Positions 40,986 to 54,809 of a DNA stretch of 64,000 nucleotides are shown in pieces. How positions within the stretch are numbered: the first letter of the stretch is position 1; every line of letters starts with the position of its first letter. The stretch is from the NCBI GenBank assembly GCA_012026655.1, contig JAAILG010000703.1, positions 1-64,000 of the forward strand. Direction: 5' to 3'. Below the pieces are notes generated by a model that ran no database searches, was not told the DNA's origin, and saw only the letters and a list, made by a program, of their open reading frames with translations. Both the position numbers and the translations under genes were made by a program. The stretch comes from Hydrolagus affinis. Lineage: Eukaryota.

Positions 40986-41837
40986 GTGATAACCACCAAA
41001 TAAATTTTCAGTTGCTCGAATATCCCCAAATTTATCCCTAAATGGAAGGATTTTGTCAGCATTTTTCACAAAGCCAGCGTGAGGATGTAAAATGTGAAGC
41101 AAACTGCTTCACTCAGATAAAATCTCAAATCAACTGATAAATTTTGACACAACTTAAATTGTATGTGATTAATTGTTGCTGTTATCATTTCAATAAGATT
41201 AAGAAAGTATTTAGGTGTTAAGAAATTACATGCAGAGGGGGAGAGAAATAGCGCAGAAGGCTTAAATCATCGGATTTTTGCGGGTTAATTTCCATGCAAA
41301 AACTGGATTAATTAAAAAACAGACCTGTTGCACTTTAAAGGATCAGTTAGATTAATCAGATAAAATCAGATTCTCACAAAGAATATTTTCACCCAAATAG
41401 ATCTAGCTATATTTTTGGGCAGCTACGGACAATTTCTGCCAACTTTCAGTATCAATACCAAGAGGTTCACTGGATTATAAATGAATTAAAATAACTCCAA
41501 ATCTTGGTACTGTACTACATTACCGAAATACAATTAATGATATGAAATCCCCATCACCTCTTTACACACACAAAGGATTAGAAGAAATTCAATTTTCTCT
41601 ATTTTGCTTGCACTGTGGATCCCCCTGGCTATTCCTTCACTTCATTCAATATCTCTGTACTTTCTCCAAGGCTGTCATCTTCCCACCACATTGACTGCTC
41701 CTATCATTTCTGCCAGAGCCTCTCCTGCAAACTATTTGTTTTACTGTCTGTTTTGTAACCTGCTCACCAGACAAGGATAATAGAGCCCCAAAGAACTGAA
41801 ATTTATTCAATTTGCTATCATATAGCAAATATACATA

Positions 41838-42184
41838 GAGCTCCTGAGGCTTAGTGGTTAGAGCACTTGTCTTGCAAGCTGGGGAGACCAAGCTGGGGAG
41901 ACCAAGCTGGGGAGACCTGTGTTCGAATCCAGGCAGGTCAGGGCGAAACTTTGGGCAAGTTTCCTTACTCCACACACCTAATAATAATCCATCCAAAAAA
42001 ACTACAATAATAAAATTGGTCATTTCAATCCACGATTGTTTGTGAGACACTGCTGTGCGCAACTGGCTGCCGCGATTCGCCCACAAATGGGCGGTCAATT
42101 CACTTTACAGTATATTCTGTGAAGCATTTTGGGACGTCAATAAGATTTGAAAAGCGTGATATCAAATGCAAGGATTATTATTAT
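41838..42184 (+). mobile_element. tRNA-derived SINE, short form, with a triplicated 14-mer in the head
   Basis: A-box-like ggcttagtggtt, B-box gttcgaatcc, (ATT)n tail. Confidence 0.85.
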
Positions 42185-42460
42185 AAGAATGAGAAAATAT
42201 GCAGTAAAATGAACTTTTGTGCTGGACAGTGAGACACTGAGCCTCTGTAGAAACTGAAGTAGACACTTAGGTAAAGGCCCTGAAATTTCCAAATTGTAAA
42301 ATGCCATTTGGGCCTAGCTGGAATCATTTTGGTAATTTACAACCTTGGTACATACAATTTAACAAGTGTTGGGAGAGTTCAGCTAATTTAGATAATGAAC
42401 TTCCTTCCTATACATAATAAGTGATGTTCCCTATTCAACAATGAAAATACATCACTGGAG

Positions 42461-42745
42461 TGGAATCCTGTAGCTCAGTGGTTAGAGCACTCGCCTTACA
42501 AGTGTGAGACCTGTGTTCAAATCCAGGCAAGGCGAAATCTTGGACAAATTTTTTTACTCCACACGCCTAATAATAATGCCTCAAAAAAAACTATAATAAA
42601 TTGGTCATTTCAATCCACGACTGTTTGTGGAACACTGCTGGAGGTCGCATTTCGCCCAGAAATATACAGTCAATTCACTTTACAGTATATTCTGTGAAGC
42701 GCTTTCAGACTTCTAGAAGATGTGAAAAGCGCTATATCAAATGCT
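42461..42745 (+). mobile_element. tRNA-derived SINE, short form
   Basis: A box tagctcagtgg, B box gttcaaatcc, L2-type 3' stem-loop. Confidence 0.85.
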
Positions 42746-43479
42746 TTCTTGTGGGAAGCTTGCTAACTTCCCTCTAACCATTTGTCAATTTGGGAAACTT
42801 GCCATCTATATACTGTATATAAAAGCCTCAGGTATGTTTTTGCAATTGTAACAATGAACTTCTGAAAGGAAAACAAAAACCAATATAGATTAACAAACAA
42901 CAACAAAGAAAAACACCCCAATGATTAAAGCTCACCCTTTTTTTTGTAAACAACAAATACATTTTTTTTTAAAGTTTCAAAATATATGAATAAACGTGTT
43001 CAAAAACACTAGAGCGCGTATTTTACGCGAGGGTATAGCTAGTATGGGGAAAGGCATGTAAATTTGTTCCCTTGTGCTCTATGCTGCCTCTTTATTGTTC
43101 AAACACATATTGCTTCACGATTTTGCTTTAGGCTTAAAATATATGATTGCATAACAAACCTAGATAATCGTGTGATACATGCAACTGTTTTTTTTTTGGA
43201 AAATTACTTGCAATACAGTTTGGTCATGTATTCATAAAATATTAATTCCAGATCTCAAAACAATTATATATATTTGCAAATCAGCAGCAATGTCCAACTA
43301 AGCAAAAGCTGCATTTTAAATCAAAGTAGCTTTTGGAGATGTGAAATTTAAAAGCTCATGGCAAAACACTGGAGATGCTGGAAATCTGAAATAAAAACAG
43401 AAGTCAACAACTGCAAAATTACATTTGCACAGTGCCATTCACGTTGGGAGAATGTCCCAAGGCGCTGAGGAACACTATC

Positions 43480-44245
43480 AGGAAAGGCTGGATTATTTTT
43501 TCTTGAAAATAGGAAGGTAAGGGATGACCTGATAGAGGTCTTTAAAATTATGAAAGATTTTGATAAGGTAGACATAGGGAAGATGTTTCCACTTGTGGGG
43601 GGAGACCAAAAACAGGGGCCACCAAAATAAAATAGTCAAATACAGTAAAAGCCCGTTTATCCAGCACCCGATCAACCATAACTTCCTTATAACCGGCATC
43701 GCAAAAAAAAGTCCACTTTCAATTAACCGGAATTTATCCGGAAGAAAATCATGACTTTTTTTAATTTAAATTTTTTTTGGTGTGTTTTCAGCCGAATATC
43801 TGGCAGGCGCTTTAACCGACATTGGCCAGGTCCCGAGAGTGCCGGATAAATGGGCTTTTACTGTAGATCAAATAGGGAAGTTAGAAAAATGTTTTTATAC
43901 AGAGTACTGGGAATGTGGAACTTGCTACTATAAGGAGTTGTTGAGGCAAACAGCATAGATAATAATAATAATCCTTACATTTGATATAGCGCTTTTACAT
44001 CTTATCAACGTCTCAAAGTACTTCACAGAATATACTGTAAAGTGAATTGACTATATTTGTTGGCGAAATGCGGTATTTAAAAGGGAAGCTAGATGGGTAC
44101 ATGAGGGAGAAAGAAATACTGTATAAAATTCTGCTTAGTTGAGAAAGAGCAGGAGAAGGATCATGTGGAGTATAAATGCCGGCAGAGATCAGTTGGGGCA
44201 AATGGCCTGTTTCTGCGTTATATATTCTAATGTATTCTAATGTAC
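43480..44245 (+). mobile_element. Older CR1 3' fragment interrupted by a MITE and a SINE tail (43960-44072)
   Basis: gatgacctgatagaggtctttaaaattatgaaag (DDLIEVFKIMK) through aatggcctgtttctg...attctaatgtattctaatgta. Confidence 0.8.
43643..43863. mobile_element. Tigger-like MITE
   Basis: TA|cagtaaaagcccgtttatccagca ... tgccggataaatgggcttttactg|TA. Confidence 0.9.
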
Positions 44246-45169
44246 TCCGTATGTCAGGCATCATCTATGGAGATAGGAAAGTGGGTTAACATTTCCTCTC
44301 TCCATAGATGTTACATGACCCGCTTAGTGTTCCCAGCAACTTCTGTTTTTATATAAAATATTGCTGCTTTGTATTCAAAATGGTAATTTCACTTGTTTTT
44401 CTATTTAGATGCTAGCCTATTACCATGCTATCACCACATGAAACATCATCTGTCAAGGATAATATTACTTTGAAAATATATATAGTGGAGGTATATGTTA
44501 GGTAGCCCAAGATACAGCTTGTTTGGTGAGTTAGCTTGTAGTTGTTTTAATCTCCTGTAGAGGGCATCAAAACCTTGATGTAGAGGAATCTGGGATGTAG
44601 AAAGGTGGGCCTCAGTGTCTGAAGACGTCTGTGTGGCAATGCGACTGCCAGCAAGTTCAGTTCTCTGGTAAAGTACTGGAATAAGGCTTCAATAATAATT
44701 CAACCACCCATCCCCCAACACAGACAGATGCTTTCAATACCAACATTGGCTCAGGCCTAAAGGAAAGGGATTCAACTCAATTTGTTGAACTCATCTCTTT
44801 CCTTAAGTTACGTGGCTCTCTTCTCCTCATGTTGTCAGTTAACAGAACACTACAAAAAGACTTACTTCATTTCTTATACTGAAACATGCCCAGATATACA
44901 CATTCGTCATTTCAACCAGCAATGTATGCCCAAAATATACGCAAACTTGACAACACAATTTAATTAGAACACTTTCACAACTACAGAATGAAAAATATAA
45001 TGCTATCTTGAATGCAGCTTGCTTGTTAATGTAAAGAATATTGCAGATTTCAAAATAACTAAACAGACAGTAGTAATGTTTGGCGTGAATCCAGCGAATT
45101 CAGCTTTATTTCACAATTCCCTAGAAGAGTAGAAATATCACAATACTGTACTGTAATAATAAAAAAAAA

Positions 45170-45660
45170 GATTGCATGTGATATAGCTCTCCTAGACATC
45201 ACAAAGCCCTTCACACAATAACAACAACAAAATTACATTTGTGTAGCACCCCTCACGTCAAGAGGACGTCCCAAGGCGCTGGACAGATACTGCTTCAAAC
45301 CCGAACTGAAGACGGGTGGGGGGGAGAAGTTGGCGATGGGTCCATCGAAGAGGGGAGTCTTGAGGCGAGAATTGAAGGAGGCCAGGGAGGGGGTGAGGTG
45401 GAGGGACTTCGAGATAGAGTTCCAGAGGTTGGGAGCAGAGTGACTGAAGGCTCACCCGCCAATGGTAGGGCGGGTGGGTGGGGGGACGTGGAGTAGGCCA
45501 ATATAGTGAAAATTGAATTGACCGTATATTTATGGGTAAAACGTGGCAGCCAATTGCGCAGAGTCCCACAAACAGTCGTGGATTGAAATGACCAATTTAA
45601 GTGTTTTTTCTAGAGGAATTATTATCAGGCATGCAGTGTTTCGCTCTAACCACAGGATCC
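45170..45660 (-). mobile_element. SINE interrupted by an L2 3' fragment (45218-45497)
   Basis: SINE tail 45170-45215, then L2 tail and body; the SINE resumes at gtgaaaattgaattgaccgtatattt (about 45507). Confidence 0.75.
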
Positions 45661-45786
45661 AGTAATCATTCCTAGTAACAGCATTAAGGCAGTTGGATAC
45701 AGTAAGTTACAATAAACAATTCATTAGCGTTACAAGCTCTAATCTAAAAATCTCACGAATTGCTTAAATCACAAAAATATCTAGAT

Positions 45787-45994
45787 CATGGTGGTCCAAC
45801 TGGCATCCGCTGGCTGATTTCATCCCGCCCTCCCTTCCTACATTTCATCCGGCCCATCCTCTCCCTCCATAACCCATAAATGTTGTTATGTTATGCTTCT
45901 GAAAGAGAAACACAAAAATATTGCTTCTGCAGCTCGTGGCCATTTCTCAAATGGAGCATTTGGTCCTCAGCAAACAAAAGGTTCGACTACCCTA
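45787..45994. mobile_element. Old hAT-Charlie-like MITE
   Basis: Degenerate TIRs catggtggtccaac / gttcgactacccta, flanked by atctagat and aattagat. Confidence 0.55.
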
Positions 45995-48499
45995 ATTAGA
46001 TGGCTCAATCATTTATTTCCTGGAGAAATTCAGCTGTGTAGTACATCACATTGCTGTACTGTACCAGTGTAAATTATAAACAAAGACTTCATCTCATTCT
46101 AATTAAATGTGGTAGCTTATATTTTCTGATAAAATCAGATGTGAAATTATCATTTCTGATTTTCTATCCTCTGCATTTTCATTATCAAACAAAATAAACA
46201 TTTTGGGTGGATTCCATTTTATATGAATTGCTGCAATCATCTATGTTAAGATGACAATCACATTCTTAAAGATAACATTTGATACAAGATATTCAAAATA
46301 AATGGCAGAAAATTCACATTTCTTTCTTTCACTCTTTGGAAATATCTCTCTTTTTTCCAACCACACAGCAAAATTATTAATTATGAATGAATAAAGATTC
46401 CTCCCAGTATGAATATTGATGTTTAAAAAATCATTTAAAGTATAGAATAGTTATATTAATATGACCAACAATCAAAAATAACACCCCAAAAAATTTAAGC
46501 AAGTATCTTTTTAGTAACCAGGTCTATGCAAAGGTGATACGGATTAGATAAGGTTGTAAAGGATTGTTTCAACTAGGGTGTGACATTTTGAGGATCACCA
46601 CATAACCCAGCAGTAGCTGCACATGCTAAAATCCAAATTACAGCACTATAACTGTTGCTGAAATTATCGATATGTCATATGAGTGATGCTGTAACATTAT
46701 TAAATCTTAATTTTAGGTAAAAATGCAAAAGATAATTTCTTGGTTATGAACTACTGATTACTTCTCAATCATCAAAATCACATAATTAAACCGTAACATG
46801 ACAGATTAAATGTGTGGATGAAGAGCAAGGAATGAATAGTTGTCCACAACTAGTACAAGAATTGATTAAGATGGAAAAAAATTGCTTACATAAAATTAAA
46901 ACGTTACATATTGTAATGAAAAATCAATGCCACAGTACACATTTCAAAATGGTAATCACAAGATTCAGATAGTTAGAAAAACAATTAAATTTTCTACTTG
47001 AAAACATTCAAACCCCTGAACCGGTCGGTTTACTTCTAAACCTTTTAATTACTCATTGGCATCCATTCTAAATTTACCTGTTTAAAAGCCACCAATGAAA
47101 TTCTGAATGTTGCAATTTCACTCCTGACAAACTTTTCTCATTAGTCGCATACAAACCCTGAACACTGGTAAGATTAACTATGTACAACTTGATGCTAGAA
47201 ACACAAACGCGATGTATTATTAATCATGCTTTGCAGCAATTCATCTATCACGCCTTACATCAGCAACAATACATTAGTGTTACATGGGTCTGTGCAGGTT
47301 ACCAATATGTACAACTACCTTTCATGGGTTAAAATGGCACTGTAAATCAATGTTACCTGTAAACACACAGGAATCCATGCTTCCTTACTTCAGCTTTTTC
47401 AAGATCTTGTACTGGAACCTGCTGTAAGAGGTAATGAAATGCTGCCTCAAGTTCTGCTGACAGCAGGTGATGCTGTTTTTATTATATTCGGCAAGATCAG
47501 GGAAAACTCAGTCAATGCAAGCAATACTGTGTATTGTAAATACAATTGATTGTAAAGTTAATTGAACTAAATAACTCCCTTTCTGCTCTTATTCAAACAG
47601 CTTTAGTCGAGTTGAACAACAATAAAAAGATATAAAAATAGCTATAGGTACAGTTGATCCCAGAACAGCTTTTCATCTGAACTGTTCAACATTTATTATT
47701 TAGAGTTCAAACTAAATCACCATCCAAATCATTCTCCATGAACAGTCCATCTGCTTAATCCATCAAGGTCTTAATCTTCAAATAGGATGCACTAAATGTA
47801 GATATAGAAATGCTGTCACCTACATATCAGATGCCAAACAATATTTTTCTCCCTCCCTAGCCCACCTAAAAAAGTGTTCACCTTTCATTTTCTAGAAGGA
47901 ATATAACTGCTTTTCTTCTACAACTGTAAGCTTCTTGTACCTTGTCCAACTGACATTCATTATGTGTGAGCCTTGTCTGGCTGTTCAAGATGACAGCTTA
48001 TTCCAAACCAGTCCTCATCTGACATTCACACATCTTCCAGCATGTGGGACTCTGGTCAGCAGATAATGGCAGGAAGTCTGGTTCTTAAAAGCAGCGTATT
48101 TTTGATAAATTATGATAGTTCAACTCAGTGGTTCATCTGTCATTGTATAGAACAATGGCAACAAAACTAATTTCACATCAAAACATGGGAGATTTCAATC
48201 TTGACAGCAGCAATAAATTACCTGTCACACCTCATCTGCCACGTAAAATCATACAATAGAAATGAAACACGAAAGCCAATGCAACTGTACAATCTTTTAT
48301 GATCAGTTATTTGAGATTTTAAAGTAAGTAACAAATTCCTGTATCAAACTACTAAAACTCAATATACTGTACAGCACTTATCATTCACTATCATTCAATG
48401 CTCCCCAGACAATAAGGAAGCAGCCCGAAACAGCAGCAATGGTAATGATCTGGCCTATAATTCCTGTACAAGTTCCCAACCTCAGATGGTGAAAAAAAT

Positions 48500-48642
48500 A
48501 ATTATTTGGTCACTCAAGCCATGACTGCTGTGCACAATTGGCTGCTGGGTTTCGCCCACACTATAGTCAAATCTGTGAAACGCTTTGAGACGTCTAGAAG
48601 ATGTGAAAAGACCTCTAATCAAATGCAGGGATTCTTATTATT
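48500..48642 (+). mobile_element. SINE 3' half
   Basis: ctgctgtgcacaattggctgc...ctttgagacgtctagaagatgtgaaaag. Confidence 0.75.
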
Positions 48643-49189
48643 AAGTAATAGTGTCATTAACAGAGCCATTTGAATAAGCTAGCTGTCAGCTAGTTGAATG
48701 GTAAAATGATGCATTGGGAACACAGAAAGAGTATAAAAATGCAAAATAAACATATTAATGAAGATCAAACCAAAATGGATTTCACTGCAAATTAAAGAAT
48801 TTTCTTTTGTTCAACTAGAATAACATAGTTTCACTGCAGGTCATTCTCCTTTCCTACTTTGGTTCTTGTTTAATGCAAAACAGACCAGCAAACAACATGC
48901 TTCTACTTCTCTCCAAATGCACTCTTCGTCTGCAGGAAGTCAATGAAAGGCAGAGTGATGCTTCCTTTAATGTTTCCCTCGTCAATTTCATCCCATGACA
49001 GCAGCATTGAGACTAAAAGTGTCAACAAGTGGAGAATTCATAGTTCAAATCAACAAGCGATCACTCTGCTGCAAAGCACCTTAGTATTGCAGCTCGGCAT
49101 TATTTCCACCTCCGCTCCACCTGTTATGACTCAAACGAGTTGAACAAAATCCCTACTGAAAACAAGCGTGCAACTTTTTAAAATAACAA

Positions 49190-49325
49190 CAGCAATGCAG
49201 CACATCCCCAATGTTGGCACCGGATTGTCAGTCTAGACTTCGCGAGTTAAAAGTCCCAACAAGGGGCTTGAATGCACTTCCGAATCAGAGGCGAGAGTGC
49301 TACCAAGTGAACCAGGCTGACACAC
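49190..49325 (-). mobile_element. DeuSINE-like tRNA-derived head
   Basis: ggggcttgaa...tcagaggcgagagtgctaccaagtgaaccaggctgacac. Confidence 0.55.
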
Positions 49326-51824
49326 TTGGTCACAGTGACCAACAGTAAGTGGAAGCTCGTCCTATGTACTGTCTGAAGATGATAATTCCTTCCTCTGGGA
49401 AAATGCACCTTTGTCTATATTCATTTTGGCGTGATTGGTAAGCATTTAGTCTTCATCTGCATTTCTTTAATAAAATTATTGGTTGACATTAGTGTCTATA
49501 GTTCCATCATTTTATTTATGGCATTTTTATGTACTCGCATCTAATTTCAGTTTTAGCTCCCCTAACCTCCCTGTCTGGTTGTTGAGTCTGGATCTCTGCA
49601 GCTATATTTGCTCTTTTTTCTATCAATAGTTGGAAAGGGAATCTAACCATCTGCTCACTTCATTAAACTTGAGTAAAAACAAGCATCAGGCATCACTGAC
49701 TTTATCCCAGCGCCAACGCTCACAAAAGGCATCTTGGGAATCAACAAACAGTGGAGAACATGACTTTCTTGAAATACTGTTCTGATTTTTTTTGATGGGG
49801 CATTCGTCTTTCACCTAAGCTCTGAGTTTCTAATATCATTTGAAAAGGTTATATGTACACTAGGGTTTAACATGCTTAATTTAAAAATAAACTTGATATT
49901 TTGAAGCAGACACATCAGTACTCAAGCCCTAACACAGAACACATGGCTGTAAAGGATTCGAAACAAAGCATAGACCTCTGAATAGTTCTATAAATGACTA
50001 TTAATCTGCTCACAGCTGGTTTCATAGTTTTTCACGATGTTCCCTGGAGAAGGTGACAGGAAGTAAAATGTAAATTGCTCATCCTTGAAATTAGTAGTTA
50101 AATTTATGTGAGTGTGTCAAATAAGGGGTAAACGACCATCAAAGTTTAGTTCCTTAGATATATTTTATTACCCAACGCTATTCCTCATATTTCCTATTGC
50201 AACTTCGTCCTTCTTGCAATCCTAATAATTTTGCTACAGTTGTAAAAAAAACACAAGCAACCAGGTGTAGGGGTAGACAAGTCACTGGGGGAATTTCTCA
50301 GGGGTTTCTTCCTGCTCAGCTCCCATATATCCTACAAGCCAAAGTATTAATGGACTGAGAGGACAGGCAATGGGAAGCTTGCCAGACAGAATCGACAATG
50401 GCAACCAGTTTTAGCTGGTTAAACTCCAGGAGTAGCCCAGCAAACACTCTGAAGACCCTGTCCTGCCAAGCTGTGTCTAATACATTCCAGAATAGATAAG
50501 CTGTACTTGTCTCAAGGAAGAGTACATACTTCATTCCAGACCCAGGGAAATTTTAATGCATCAGTGACACATATATGTCCGGCACAGATTCAATGGGCCA
50601 ATTGGCCTCCTTTTGTGCTGAAAAATTCGATAATTCGATGAAAAAAATTCTATATGTGAAATTATTTTTGAATTAGCATGATGTTGTGTTTCTATATGTA
50701 TATATACCTGGCTGATCAAAATGTCTGTTTATACAAAAAAGGTTTTCTTTTGATTATGCACGCCTGTAGATTATCCATCTTTATTTACAGTGGTGAACAC
50801 AGACAAACTGAACCCTTCAAGCACACTGATCACATATCAAGCACATATCAAGCACCTATGTAGCCAATTATTAAGCAGGGAATGCAATTAATTTTGGTGA
50901 GTTTGCCAAGTCCCAATAGAACCAAGTTTTAACACCACCAGTCTGCAAAACCTCATAATTAAATGTAGGAAGTGAGAAATATGTCCATATAATATTGGCC
51001 TAGTCAATAAGCCAAACACTGTCTAATATTTTCTTACTACTCACTGCAGACCATGACTGTATCAACAATTTAATCACAATTAGCAATGTATCATCAATTA
51101 ACCCAATGTAGATTTGTTTTGATGGTAAAAATTGAGACATTCGGTCCATCAAACTTCTTCCGCCAGTTTATTATGTCACAGTGATGTTTTAATTCAATTA
51201 CTTTGCCTTTTCTTCAAATCCTTAAGAAATAATACAGTCACTTCACTTTACCTTACGTCTTGTTATATGAATTGAGATATGCTTCCAATTTAAAAGGCTC
51301 TATTTCAGAATTATCATCACCATTGTCCATTAAAGCCCTTACTTTTGAATCTATTGATCCTTTTATATAGCCCCATTGATTCTGCCTCTACGACATTGTG
51401 GATCAGTGCATTTTAATGCTCACAATCCCCTGCAAGAAGAAATGTAGTCTTCCATCCACTTTTATGACTAATTTGAAAACCTCAAATATTCCCATAGTAT
51501 TCAGCACAGTAATGGACATTTCAAATTTACGGAATGCTTTTTTCTTTACTCCTTCACCTGCTCTTCTAAGAATATTTTGCTTCATTTCATTTTGCGCCAA
51601 TGCACAGGCTACCAAATGCATTTTAATCGACAACCTTATTTCATAAATTTAGATTGCAACTAGGATCAGCTCAGTGCATCCTGATTGGAAAACGTGAGAT
51701 GGGTGTAAGTATTCATTAACATTCTTCACTATGTACAACAGAAAGGTGCAAATAAGGTGCCTGAGCGCACAAATTACTAAGAAGCTGTTACATTGCTCTG
51801 GCACAGTTTGTGGAGCACAGTACT

Positions 51825-52172
51825 AAAGCTTAGTGGTTAGAGCGCTCGCCTCGCAGCCGAGAGAACCTGGGTTTGATTCCTGGGCAGGGCAAAACGTTGA
51901 GCAAGTTGCCTTACTTCACACGTCTCTAGCAGTAAATCGGAACCTGGTTATTAGTCAATTGGTGGATCAATTTTCCAGTGGTAATAATCCCTTAAACATT
52001 AATCAAAATACTGATAATTTGGTCATTCAATCCATTACTATTTGTGGGACTTTACCATACTCAATCGGCTGCTATGTTTCGCCCACAAAATATACAGTCA
52101 ATTCATTTTACAATATATTCTGTGAAGTTCTTCGATACGTCTCAACGGCATCTCAAATGCAAGGATTATTAT
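51825..52172 (+). mobile_element. tRNA-derived SINE, long form
   Basis: Head agcttagtggttagagcgctcgcctcgc...gtttgattcc, central segment present, (ATT)n tail. Confidence 0.85.
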
Positions 52173-52848
52173 TACTGTATTATGATATGGAACATTCAAA
52201 ATTATCTTAAACTTATTTTAAAAAAGAATAATTCCACTGATTACATTAAAAAGTAGGATTAATACACTCTAAAATTTCCTGGAACTGGTGGAATTCAACT
52301 CTTTAGATCTGTAAATACTGAACAAGCATCCATCATGAAAGTCAGATTTGGTTAATGATCAGAGTTAGCTTTCTTGGCAGAAAAACAATAATCAGCCTTT
52401 TGTGTTCTGTTTACAAACTACTCCACATCCCCAACATTCTACTTCCCTTGCATTTAAATAGTCATTTCAATCAGAACTGTGTTATCCACATTTGATAAGA
52501 TCATAATGAATGTTTTCCTTTCAAATCATTGCTGTGATTCAAAATTTGAGAACTAAATTCTATACATAAATAAGAGTGCTGTATTATATCCCAGCAAGTC
52601 CCAGTAACCTTGGTAATCCAATCTGTGAAGATGTCATAATAAACTATGAGTTGAGTGTGCTCAGCACAGTGTGATGATCAGCCATCACTGCCCACTGGGC
52701 AGATAGCAATCAAAGGATCATTCCAATCCATTATAGATCAAATTAATAGCCTGCGTCCCATTGAGTATGGACCAGATAATGAGATCCCTGGTAACCATAC
52801 TCAGGTATTATCCAGAATTAGCTTTCCATTAACTGGATTGGAAAACCC

Positions 52849-53158
52849 TGGTAAAACCTTGACAATCATACATTCCGAAAACCACCAATTCCCTAAAACC
52901 GGCAAGATTTCAAAATACCAGTATTTATTAGATTTTTCTCCAATGTTGGCAAATATCTCGAAGTTTGGAACAGCTGATTGTGGTTCCCGGCGTGGCCGCT
53001 CTGTCATCCAGCGCTGTGGCTGGAGCTCGGCTTCAGTGCTGTGTTTATAGTATGAAGCGGAGCTTTCCCAGCCATTTCTAGGTAGGTCTAAACACCAGCC
53101 ACTTGGAAATCCAGCAGGTGAGTGGGCCCAGCCATGCCGGATTATCAAGGTTTTACTG
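52849..53158. mobile_element. Second Tigger-like MITE family (about 310 bp)
   Basis: Left gtaaaaccttgacaatc; right gccggattatcaaggttttactg|TA. Confidence 0.6.
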
Positions 53159-53199
53159 TATTATTATTACTACCTTGTTGCTACAGAATACCCCTGTTC

Positions 53200-54243
53200 C
53201 TAGGTACCATTACCTAAAGAGCGCAAAATGGGTGATTCCTTTTTCAAACCCCTCCAGTCTGGTTTCCTGCGCTTGTTTGCCCACAAACGATTTCCTTTTT
53301 ATCTGTGACCAGGGCTCCCTCTGCCTCCTTGTCCTCCTACAACTCTCCGCCGCCTTGAACACAGCCTATCCTCCGTCATCCACTTCAGTGGGACCACACT
53401 CGGCTGGTTCAAGTCCTACCTCACTAACCACCAGCAGTGGCCAATATTGATAAGGTGGAAGCCATACTCTTTGGCTCTCATCGACATCTTCAATCCCACC
53501 GCTCTCACTTCCTCCACCTACCTGACCTGCCCCTAAAACTCTCTGAACCCATACGCAACTTAGACGTCAGGTTCGACTCCCAATTATTTTTCCTCACCCA
53601 AATCCTCTTTCTTTCATCTCTGACACATTGCCTGTCTCCACTAAAAACTCACCCCAAAAGCTGACAAAACCCTGGCCTTTGTCACCTCTTGGCCGGATTA
53701 TTCCAATGCCCTCCTCGCCGGTCTCCCCTCCGCCACCATTCATAAAATCCAGGTTATTAAACATTCCGCTGCCCACATTCTCACTTGATTCAAACTTCGC
53801 TCCCCGATTACCCCAGTCCTTACCAGACTTCACTGGCTCCCCGTCTCACAGCAGATCAAGTTCAAGATCCTCACTCTGGTTTTCAAATCCCTCCACTACT
53901 CTGCACCCCCTACCTCTCTGACTTCTCTCTCCTCACAGCAGTACCCATTACCTTTGCTCTAAAGGGTCTGGTCTTCTCCTTGTCCCCCGAATCCTCCAAT
54001 CCACCGTCGACAGCCATGCCTTCAGCCACCACGTCCCGAGGCTCTGGAACTCCCTTCCTCACTCCCTTCGCCTCACCTCCTCCTTTTCTATTTTCGCGCC
54101 TCAAGACGTTTCTTTTCTACCACGCTTTTGGTCACCTTTTTCCCCCTCCCCTTGGCTCAGCCCCAGGATCCGTTATTGGGAAGCGCTCTGAGATTCCGTC
54201 TGACGTGGAGGGCCGCTATATAAATCCAAGTTGTTATTGTTGC
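53200..54243 (+). mobile_element. L2 LINE fragment with internal deletions (same subfamily as 32860-34600)
   Basis: ICDQGSLCLLVLLQLSAA and NIDKVEAILFG remnants; tail agcgctctgagattccgtctgacgtggagggccgctatataaat. Confidence 0.85.
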
Positions 54244-54384
54244 TTTGTAAATGTGAAATTTGTTCTAAAATCCTCTTTTCTACCCCCGTCCCCCCCACCA
54301 ATTATATTGAGAATCAAAGCAAACAAAAGTGAAACTACAAGTCAATAAATTGCTATGTTTTAAAAAGCATTTTAGATTAGCACA

Positions 54385-54690
54385 TTGTTGTTAATATCTC
54401 AAAGTGCTTTATAGGATTGAATCTGAACTGCAGTGAATGTGCATTTTGTATGTAAATACAACTGACAGCATGTGCACAAAGTCATGAAGTAACTGATGAA
54501 TGTTATCTGTAGTATTGTTAAGACAGGACACCAGGAGTAAGTCCCTTCTCTTTTCAAATAGTACCAAGGGATTTTTGACGTTCCCCTGAACAGGCAGACT
54601 AGACTTTAGCTGAATGTCTCATCTGAAGTACAGCATCTCTGACAATAAAGCACCACATTGAGTTAGCCCAGATGATAAGCTCAGACTTAC
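54385..54690 (-). mobile_element. DeuSINE-like remnant
   Basis: caggacaccaggag...ttcaaatagtaccaagggatttttgac...caggcagac...aatgtctcatctgaag matches the Deu-domain sequence as I recall it. Confidence 0.6.
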
Positions 54691-54809
54691 AAAAAAGAAA
54701 TGGGACGAGTAGTAGGTTACACAGAATTAAAGATAACTCCCAGTGGGATGCACAAGCACAAAGGGCTTAATAGCCTCCTTGTGTGCTTATACAGTATTTC
54801 TATGAAAGT

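Larger units (their letters stand above)
43355..44353. mobile_element. Fold-back/Penelope pLTR-like element split by nested insertions
   Basis: Left part gatgctggaaatctgaaataaaaacagaag (43375-43405); remainder gtcaggcatcatctatggag...ctccatagatg...cagcaacttctgtttttat (44253-44353). Confidence 0.6.

Noticed and set aside
42461-42535. tRNA gene
   Set aside because: A and B boxes are present, but the sequence continues into a SINE body found many times in the window and no proper acceptor stem is evident.
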